In this document: positions 46,601 to 52,583 of the stretch, piece after piece
How the letters are laid out: each line of letters begins with the position of its first letter
Numbering within the stretch: the first letter of the stretch is position 1
Origin: Anaerolinea thermophila
Lineage (GTDB): Bacteria; Chloroflexota; Anaerolineae; Anaerolineales; Villigracilaceae
Length of the DNA stretch: 52,583 bases
Direction: 5' to 3'
Assembly: GCA_020721605.1 (NCBI GenBank)
Contig: DYML01000001.1
Coordinates: 1-52,583 of the forward strand
Translations under genes and position numbers: made by a program
Notes under the pieces: generated by a model
What the model saw: the letters and a program-made list of their open reading frames with translations, nothing else
Told to the model about the DNA's origin: nothing
The model's database searches: none

Positions 46601-47297
46601 CGTACCACTCGCGCAGAATCAATTTCATATCTGCCTGGGCGCGGGCGAAGTCAATGGCGCGTTTTGCCTGACGCTCCAAACTTTTAATGCGTGGCTCAAG
46701 TTCTGCCATAATATCCAACACGCGCTCCAGGTTGCGTTTGGTGGCATCGAGGCGCTTTAAGGCGTCATCGCGGCGGGTGCGATACAAGCCCACGCCGGCG
46801 GCTTCTTCAAACAGGCGGCGGCGGTCATCGGCTTTGAGCGCAAGCGATGCATCTACCAAGCCCTGACCAAGAATGGTATAGGTGCGCTCGCTCAACCCCG
46901 CCTGAGCAAGGAGTTCGTTCATCTCGCGCAAGCGCACCTGCTGACCGTTGATTAAGTACTCGTTGTGACCATCGCGGTGCGCCGTACGCGCCAGTGCAAC
47001 TTCCGAGAAGTCTAAAGGCAGCCATTGCTCGGTGTTGTCAAAGGTGATGGTGGCTTGCGCCATGCCTGCGCGTGCGCGGTGTTCGGAGCCAGAGAAGATC
47101 ATATCTTCGGTTTTTTTGCCGCGCAAAAGCGTGTAGGATTGCTCACCCAATACCCAGCGCAGCGAGTCGGCAATGTTTGACTTGCCCGACCCGTTGGGTC
47201 CAACGATGGCGGTGATTCCGCTTGCGAATTCAAAAACAGTCCGCGAAGCAAATGTTTTATATCCTTGCAGTTCGAGTGATTTTAGGCGAAGAGGCAT
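43692..47297 (-). CDS. smc: Chromosome segregation protein SMC
   Basis: GPNGSGKSN, coiled coils, hinge, LSGGE, MDEVDAMLD, IITH. Confidence 0.97.
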   Translation of the reverse strand: MPLRLKSLELQGYKTFASRTVFEFASGITAIVGPNGSGKSNIADSLRWVLGEQSYTLLRGKKTEDMIFSGSEHRARAGMAQATITFDNTEQWLPLDFSEVALARTAHRDGHNEYLINGQQVRLREMNELLAQAGLSERTYTILGQGLVDASLALKADDRRRLFEEAAGVGLYRTRRDDALKRLDATKRNLERVLDIMAELEPRIKSLERQAKRAIDFARAQADMKLILREWYGFHWHRSQRDLTDIRETVRGQDVRVREARTVHEMTQADYSAFRERLSGLRAQLNTWRRQSSDLHNQREAISRELAVREERRRALTHAQAATLLDQENALDELHLANDRFGEASQEVTRIQREYQEAKSQLVHAQNSLQARQSERAALEEQLALLRNQIEKFNQQHAQNNARLEQLKSRAELQAQKIEQTTAAIANGELLLTQAKDQHETARTVREQANLVLQAAEQNAISKKSEFERIDRERRAALEQRTKEESNHSRLKAQLEVLEQSEQSLAGYAEGARYLLDAARQSKLSGARGALSAALDVPAELETAIAAALGDTLDAVLLDANQFEDALNLLETNEAGRAVLLPISHASEVFKVSEVSDDYIGIASELVNSPAELRSAVRLMLGQTLIARDRNSARRLVQNLPIYARVVTLRGEVFRGDGLVIAGRTTSSSALGRTRQKREFAAALSELISRLAQSNASVERLSTQLTDAQRELSQAETDARESRIRLGECQETEQQAGLEFESTQRQHEWQKNQLSQLQAEAQDSDSIQQKISESQSQVETFSLTAHAQAKDIAVKLNEIAADELQEQVSHWGMRAAVAEQSLAGANARRDERVKEISRLDSRRVELTSRLRETENALNGLDNEKARLHETEIDLQSQMEDMRVLIDPAEKDLETAEQEEKRLQEAEANAQRIFANTERSLGQVQLEQTRKQEALDNLHQKITDDFGLVMFDYAADVSGPVPLPLDGMVEQLPVVTELAPEIEEQLNHHRAQIRRMGPINPDAKTEYDQESERFIFMKTQVEDLRKAEIDLKQVVAELDEITKREFVRTFDAVDKQFRETFVRLFGGGSARLALTDPENLVDTGIEIEARLPGRREQGLALLSGGERSLTAIALVFALLKVSPTPVCVMDEVDAMLDEANVGRFRDLLLDLSKETQFIIITHNRNTVQAADVIYGITMGRDSASQIISLRLDQVTDDMLKRG
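45512..45542. repeat. Palindromic REP-like element in-frame in the smc hinge
   Basis: AGACTTCCGAA-ACCTTAAAGAC-TTCGGAAGC; encodes ASEVFKVSEVS. Confidence 0.65.
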
Positions 47298-47348
47298 GGG
47301 TAATTTTTGATTTCCAATCTACGAGTTTGATTTTTGGCAATTGCCAAT

Positions 47349-48056
47349 CTACATAATTCTCAAATTTTTTAGCGCGTCTTGGGCGGCGGCATGTTCGGCA
47401 TGTTTTTTACTTGTGCCAGCGCCCTTTCCGTGAAGGTCGCCGGCAATTTCTACCACCACTTCAAAAACAACGGCATGATCGGGACCCACAACATTGACCA
47501 CGCGATAATGGGGCGACCCTTTTTTTTGGGCTTGAGACCAGTCTTGCAGGCGGCTTTTGGGGTCATTAATTTCGTTCAAAACCGAGGCGCGCGCTTCTTC
47601 CAAAATGGGGTGGATGAATTTAACGACCACAGCCAGTCCTTTGTCTAAATATAAAGCGCCGACAAACGCCTCAAAAGCGCAGCCCAGCAGCCGATCACGG
47701 TCATGCCCGCCTGTTAGCGATATGCCGCGCCCAAGCCGCAAGGCGCGCCCCAAATTTAAGTTGCGCGCAAATTTGGCAAGTTGTTCGTTGCGCACAAACG
47801 CTGAGAGCATTTTGGTCAAATCGCCTTCGGGCATTTCAGGAAAGTGGTGATACAGCCACTCGCCAACAACCAGCCCCAAAACGGCATCGCCCAAAAATTC
47901 AAGGCGCTCGTTATCTTCCACTGCCTGCGCATGTTCATTCACATACGAATCGTGCGTTAAGGCTCGTATCAACAAAGATAGATTAGAAAAGGACAGACCC
48001 AGCCTGTGGCTTAGGTCTTGTGCGGATTCAACATCCCGCAAATTAGAATTAGGCAT
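47349..48056 (-). CDS. rnc: Ribonuclease III
   Basis: NERLEFLGDAVL, FEAFVGALYLD, dsRBD; GGAGG SD before ATG 48056. Confidence 0.96.
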   Translation of the reverse strand: MPNSNLRDVESAQDLSHRLGLSFSNLSLLIRALTHDSYVNEHAQAVEDNERLEFLGDAVLGLVVGEWLYHHFPEMPEGDLTKMLSAFVRNEQLAKFARNLNLGRALRLGRGISLTGGHDRDRLLGCAFEAFVGALYLDKGLAVVVKFIHPILEEARASVLNEINDPKSRLQDWSQAQKKGSPHYRVVNVVGPDHAVVFEVVVEIAGDLHGKGAGTSKKHAEHAAAQDALKNLRIM

Positions 48057-48220
48057 ATCAGGGAACCTCCCAGAACTCAGGGAGCGCCAAACCCCACACC
48101 CCAAGAGAGAGTCTCGCGTTCCATTAGTTCTAAAATTTTATTAAGTTGAATTGTAACCTGATTTTTGGAGGGGAATTGTTTTTTAAGATAAAATTGGGCG
48201 GAATTCACAAAGGAGATGTT

Positions 48221-49165
48221 ATGTCTGAACTTAGCGCTGAAACACGCTTTTTGCACGCCCTCGAAATGGGGATGGGCGCGTGGCAATGGGGTGATCGGGT
48301 TGTGTGGGGCTATGGTCAAACCCATACCGATAAGGAAATTCACGAATCGTTTCATACTGCGCTGCAACTTGGGGTGCGCTTTGTAGACACCGCCGAAATT
48401 TATGGTTCGGGGTATTCAGAGCGGCTGCTGGGGCAATTTTTAAAAGAGTTGGATCAGCCGGTGCTGGTGGCAACAAAATACTTCCCCTGGCCCTGGCGGC
48501 TCACCAAGGAATTTATCCCGCGCGCGTTAAAGGGGAGCCTGGATCGCATGGGGCTGAAGTCGGTGGATTTGTATCAAATTCACTGGGCATCACCATTGAT
48601 GAGCCCAGAAACGATGATGGAAGGCATGGTGGAATGTGTAAAGCGCGGTTGGACGCGGACAGTGGGCGTCTCGAATTTTGGGCAAAAGCACATGCTGCGG
48701 GCATACTCAACTCTGGCGCAGCATGGAATTCCGCTGGCATCTAATCAGGTGCATTATAGCTTGCTCAATCGTGAGGTGGAAAAGAACGGTACGCTGGCGC
48801 GCGCAAAAGAGTTGGGCATACGCATTATTGCTTATTCTCCGCTTGAAATGGGTTTGCTCACCGGAAAATACACCACGCAAAATCCACCTGCGGGCTTGCG
48901 TGGTTCACAGGCGGCGGAATTACTAAAAAAACTACCGCCCGTCACCAAACTTTTATTGGAAATTGGCTTAATCCATGGTGATAAAACCGTCTCACAGGTT
49001 GCGCTCAACTGGCTGATTTGCAAAGGGGCATTGCCCATTCCGGGCGCAAAAAATACAAGGCAGGCAGAACTTAATGCAGGCGGCGCAGGCTGGAGATTAA
49101 CAGAAGAAGAAGTGGCAAGGCTGGATGAAGCGACAGACAACATCCGCGAATATAAAAAGGAATAA
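48221..49165 (+). CDS. Aldo/keto reductase
   Basis: DTAEIYG, VATK, DLYQIHW, VGVSN, NQVHYSLL, PIPGAK; AAGGAG SD. Confidence 0.93.
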   Translation: MSELSAETRFLHALEMGMGAWQWGDRVVWGYGQTHTDKEIHESFHTALQLGVRFVDTAEIYGSGYSERLLGQFLKELDQPVLVATKYFPWPWRLTKEFIPRALKGSLDRMGLKSVDLYQIHWASPLMSPETMMEGMVECVKRGWTRTVGVSNFGQKHMLRAYSTLAQHGIPLASNQVHYSLLNREVEKNGTLARAKELGIRIIAYSPLEMGLLTGKYTTQNPPAGLRGSQAAELLKKLPPVTKLLLEIGLIHGDKTVSQVALNWLICKGALPIPGAKNTRQAELNAGGAGWRLTEEEVARLDEATDNIREYKKE

Positions 49166-49176
49166 AAGTTCGTAAG

Positions 49177-49214
49177 AATCAAAAAGGACATGGCGCGCCA
49201 TGTCCTTTTTGATT
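49177..49214. terminator. Perfect 38-bp palindrome, bidirectional terminator
   Basis: AATCAAAAAGGACATGGCG|CGCCATGTCCTTTTTGATT between convergent genes. Confidence 0.85.
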
Positions 49215-49246
49215 GGGATTAATACTCACGACATGGCATGTTGCTT

Positions 49247-50098
49247 TTACAAGTCAGAATGATGTTCGGCATCAAAAACATGCGAGTGCATGTTGGCAAT
49301 CCATTGCTTGCCGTCTTCGGTTAAGCGCAAATACAAAAGCGCATTTTGAATATATGGGCGAACCCCATTCCAGTAAAATGAAGCATATTTTTTACGCATA
49401 TCATTCGGCGCCTTGTAACCGTATTCTTCATTTACGCCCAGTTCTTGAAATTCATAAAAAAGAGCGGGAGACTTGCGCAAATAGCCTGGGTCGCCCAATT
49501 GCCCTATAAAATCTGCGGCGCGTACCAGCCCGCCAAGCCCTCTGGTATCTTGATACATTTCATCCGGCGGCGAGGGGAAACGGGTCATTTCAATATACGA
49601 GGCGACCAATTCCGCATCCAAAGATTTGGTTAAGTCGTGCAGCAGGTTAAAGCCAAAACGCTCGCGCACAAACAATTTGCTGCGATTGACATGGTAGGGC
49701 GTGAGCGCAACATCGGTGCCGTCAGGCGAAACCCGAACCATCTCATCACCCATCCCTGTAGCAAACATCTCCTTTGTGTCAGCCGAACACACCCCTTTAA
49801 CATATCCAATGTCATGGCATAAAACTGCAATCATATAATGCATCCAATCACGCGGCGTGATTCCGCCCTCTCGCAAGTGCTTGCCTTCAATAATTGCCTG
49901 CCCCGCCAACGAAACCATAATTGTATGATCCACGTCGTGATAAAGCGCATCGGAGTTGGCAATATTCTCCAGCGCCAACCGCGCACACCAAGACACAACA
50001 CGACCATAATCGCTATTAATGTCACCATACGTCCGCTGATATGCAGTCTGCAATTGTTCAACGAACATATCAATTACCAATTCCTGCCAGTTGATCAT
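49247..50098 (-). CDS. HD-domain metal-dependent phosphohydrolase (Npun_R2479-like)
   Basis: DALYHDVDHT, LCHDIGY, LTPYHV, RAADFIGQLGDP. Confidence 0.85.
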   Translation of the reverse strand: MINWQELVIDMFVEQLQTAYQRTYGDINSDYGRVVSWCARLALENIANSDALYHDVDHTIMVSLAGQAIIEGKHLREGGITPRDWMHYMIAVLCHDIGYVKGVCSADTKEMFATGMGDEMVRVSPDGTDVALTPYHVNRSKLFVRERFGFNLLHDLTKSLDAELVASYIEMTRFPSPPDEMYQDTRGLGGLVRAADFIGQLGDPGYLRKSPALFYEFQELGVNEEYGYKAPNDMRKKYASFYWNGVRPYIQNALLYLRLTEDGKQWIANMHSHVFDAEHHSDL

Positions 50099-50261
50099 AA
50101 CTGCACACCTCGGTATTTAAATGAATGGATATAATGGAGTTTACGATGAAGAGTTTACCAGAAAATAAAAGCGCCCAGACGCCAAACACAGCCAAGTCAT
50201 GCAGGCAAACAAATCGCAATTTTAAGCGCATCATAAAAAACTTTCAAAAACACCTATAATT

Positions 50262-50999
50262 ATGACCCTACTATTTGATAAAGAACTTTGCCATCAACCC
50301 CTCAAAGAAGAAATTTACGATGCGCTGCATCGCCAGATCATTGCGGGCAAATACAAACCGGGTACCTGGCTGCGGCAGGAAGAGATTGCCTCACAAATGG
50401 ACGTGAGCATGACCCCCGTGCGCGAGGCGCTTGATCTGCTTGTTTCCAGCGGGCTTGCAGAACGTGTTCCCTACCGGGGGGTGCGGGTGCGGGAAATATC
50501 AGTCAAAGATATGGTGGACGCCTATGGATTAAGACTCATTCTTGAAGCGCTAACCACCCGCGAAGCCGCGCTACACATCACACCAGAGAAAATTTTGAGC
50601 CTTGAAAAAATACTGGCAGAAATGAAAAAGCAGGTTAAATTAAATCAAATGACCCAAGAACGCCAACTAAGCCGTGACTTTCACGCGGTGATCGCCGAGG
50701 CTTCGGGCAATGACCTGCTGAACAAGTTATACGCAATTGTGGCAAACACCTTCCCCGACTGGCTGCTGTATGAGGCAGTCTACAGCAAACCAAACCTGCT
50801 GGCAGACAGCGTAGCGCAAAGTTATAAAGAACATGCTGCAATTCTAAATGCGCTGACCCAAGGCGATGCAGAGCAATCTGTGGAAAAATCCATGGAACAT
50901 ATTTTAGACTCTGGAAAATGGATGAAAGAATACTTGGGCGTGCCTGCTGAATTACTCAAAGAAAAAGAAGCGCTGGCAACATGGATGATGAAAAAATAA
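50262..50999 (+). CDS. GntR (FCD) family transcriptional regulator
   Basis: wHTH VSMTPVREAL..GL..PYRG; FCD FHAVIAEASGN and EH..IL. Confidence 0.92.
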   Translation: MTLLFDKELCHQPLKEEIYDALHRQIIAGKYKPGTWLRQEEIASQMDVSMTPVREALDLLVSSGLAERVPYRGVRVREISVKDMVDAYGLRLILEALTTREAALHITPEKILSLEKILAEMKKQVKLNQMTQERQLSRDFHAVIAEASGNDLLNKLYAIVANTFPDWLLYEAVYSKPNLLADSVAQSYKEHAAILNALTQGDAEQSVEKSMEHILDSGKWMKEYLGVPAELLKEKEALATWMMKK

Positions 51000-51013
51000 A
51001 AACAGGAGACAAT

Positions 51014-51670
51014 ATGTCAGAAGAATTATATAAAGAAATGGCTCAAAGCATTATTGACGGCGACTCGGATATTTCTGCCGAACTTGCGCAAAAAGCAGTT
51101 GATTTGAAAATACATCCGCTGGATGCCATTACAAAGGGCTTTGTGGTTGGCGTAACCTATATTGGCGACCAGTTTGGAAAAGGAGAAGCCTTTCTGCCCG
51201 AATTAGTAATGGCAGGAGAAGCCATGAAAGCCGCAGTTGCCGTGCTGGAACCAGAATTGCTAAAACTAGGCGAATCGCGCGAAATGCTGGGGCGGGTTGT
51301 CCTTGCCACCGTTGAAGGCGACATTCACGAAATTGGCAAGACTCTGGTAGGAACCATGCTCAGCGCATCGGGATTTGAAGTGATAGACCTCGGCGTGGAT
51401 CAACCCGCAGACAAGATCATCGGCAAGGCGCTTGAAGTAAACGCAGACATCATCGGGATGAGCGCACTGCTCACCACAACCATGGTGCGCCAACGCGAAG
51501 TGATTGAAGAATTGGATAAAGAAGGCTTACGCCCACGCATCAAAGTGATGGTCGGCGGCGCCCCAATTACCAAAGACTGGGTCGAAAAAATCAAAGCCGA
51601 CGGCTATTCTGAAGATGCCATTGGCGCAGTAAAAGTAGCCAAGAACCTGGTTGGCAAGGCAGATCAATAA
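51014..51670 (+). CDS. Cobalamin-binding corrinoid protein (MttC/MtbC-like)
   Basis: Cap domain FLPELVMAGEAMK; GDIHEIGK (DxHxxG); SALLTTT; VMVGGAP; AGGAG SD. Confidence 0.93.
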   Translation: MSEELYKEMAQSIIDGDSDISAELAQKAVDLKIHPLDAITKGFVVGVTYIGDQFGKGEAFLPELVMAGEAMKAAVAVLEPELLKLGESREMLGRVVLATVEGDIHEIGKTLVGTMLSASGFEVIDLGVDQPADKIIGKALEVNADIIGMSALLTTTMVRQREVIEELDKEGLRPRIKVMVGGAPITKDWVEKIKADGYSEDAIGAVKVAKNLVGKADQ

Positions 51671-51726
51671 TTGATTCAACGCAGGTCTCACTATTAAGTG
51701 AGGGTATCTGAGGAAAATTCAAAACC

Positions 51727-52583
51727 GTGATTAATCTTTCCAAACTTTTGCGCGTCCCCAATGTGGAAAACTCCCTGCCTTTTGCCCTCTCGCCAGATGG
51801 AGAGCGGTTGGTCTTTTCGTGGAATCAGTCGGGGGGATGGGAGTTGGTGATTGGTAATTGGGTAAATGGTAAATTGGAGATTGGTAAATTGGGGATTGAG
51901 GCGGAGGGGGCGAAGTTTGCGCCTGTGTTTTCGGCGGATGGGACGCGGCTGGCGTTTGCGCTGGATGTGGACGGGAGCGAGTCGTACCAGATTGCCGTCC
52001 ATGACTTCGAGAGCGGAGTCACGACCAACCTGACGCTTCAGATAGCCTACGCGCACCAACCGAATGTTTCGTGGTCGCCTGATGGGAAGATGCTGGCAGT
52101 CCTCTCGGACAAGCACGGACAATTCGCCCTGCACCTGCTCCCCACCGACGGTTCGGATGGACGGATGATTAAGAATGTCTTTCATCCCTGCTGGGATGCG
52201 AAGTGGTCGCCCGATGGACAGTGGATTGCGCTGGAGGCGGAAGCGGCGGCGAGCGACCGAAGCATTTACCTTGTGCCTGTCAATCGTCCGCGCAAGGGAG
52301 CGAAGGTCAACACGATTCAAATCCCGCTGAACGCGGAACATCCCGCGTGGTCGCCTGATTCCAAATTTTTGGCGTTCTCTGGCGAACATGGCGAGTGGCA
52401 CGACATCGGATTGTTCAACGTCGAGACGGGAGAGATTAGCTGGGTCAACGAGTCGGCAGGCGAGGATTCACAACCTGCGTGGTCGCGGAGCGGGGAAGTT
52501 ATCGGGTGGATTCACTCCGAGGGGGCGCAGACCCGTTTTCAGTTTCGGAAAAAAGAAAGCCCCGTCGAGCAGAGAAAGGTTGG
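51727..52583 (+). CDS. N-terminal PD40 beta-propeller, probably of an S9 family peptidase; runs off the window
   Basis: Translated by hand from GTG 51727 (MINLSKLLRVP..LSPDG..FSADG..DVDGSE..WSPDG..WSPDS); frame open to the window end; the catalytic domain is not visible. Confidence 0.8.
   Translation, partial: MINLSKLLRVPNVENSLPFALSPDGERLVFSWNQSGGWELVIGNWVNGKLEIGKLGIEAEGAKFAPVFSADGTRLAFALDVDGSESYQIAVHDFESGVTTNLTLQIAYAHQPNVSWSPDGKMLAVLSDKHGQFALHLLPTDGSDGRMIKNVFHPCWDAKWSPDGQWIALEAEAAASDRSIYLVPVNRPRKGAKVNTIQIPLNAEHPAWSPDSKFLAFSGEHGEWHDIGLFNVETGEISWVNESAGEDSQPAWSRSGEVIGWIHSEGAQTRFQFRKKESPVEQRKV
51844..51898 (+). repeat. 7-8-nt tandem repeat (TTGGTAA-like, about 7 units) in-frame in the propeller gene
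   Basis: TTGGTGA-TTGGTAA-TTGGGTAA-ATGGTAAA-TTGGAGA-TTGGTAAA-TTGGGGA. Confidence 0.75.

Noticed and set aside
49177-49214. Perfect 38-bp palindrome as an operator or recombination site
   Set aside because: Sits between convergent genes with A/T tracts on both flanks, which a bidirectional terminator explains adequately
51694-52401. 235-aa minus-strand ORF in the track
   Set aside because: Antisense shadow of the + strand PD40 propeller gene, which has clear WSPDG repeats

Overview
Chromosomal window, most likely from an Anaerolineae (Chloroflexota) bacterium; this is inferred from gene content, secG/ABC binding-protein synteny and repeat families. Housekeeping content: cydA-cydB plus a fused cydD-cydC, recJ, an OSBS/NSAR enolase, selB, tRNA-Val(CAC), secG, rpsF-ssb-rpsR, a parvulin PPIase, smc, rnc, several peptidases, an orphan PAS histidine kinase and a GntR-corrinoid protein pair. 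I saw no prophage, transposase, CRISPR array or known defence system. Highlights: (1) an unannotated His-rich leader peptide with a complete transcription attenuator at the left edge; (2) a translationally coupled three-gene module of degenerate Mrp/Hyf antiporter-like membrane subunits that lack the conserved lysines and any catalytic partner; (3) a surface cluster with a CpaE regulator, a Flp pilin fused to a lectin-like domain, and two paralogous Cys-rich lipoproteins with a variable number of CxxGxxxxxxxxxC repeats; (4) intergenic repeat families inserted in-frame into cydD, smc and a propeller gene; (5) several leaderless transcripts; (6) a sharp compositional break near 51.7 kb. All family assignments come from motif recognition by eye; no database search was run.
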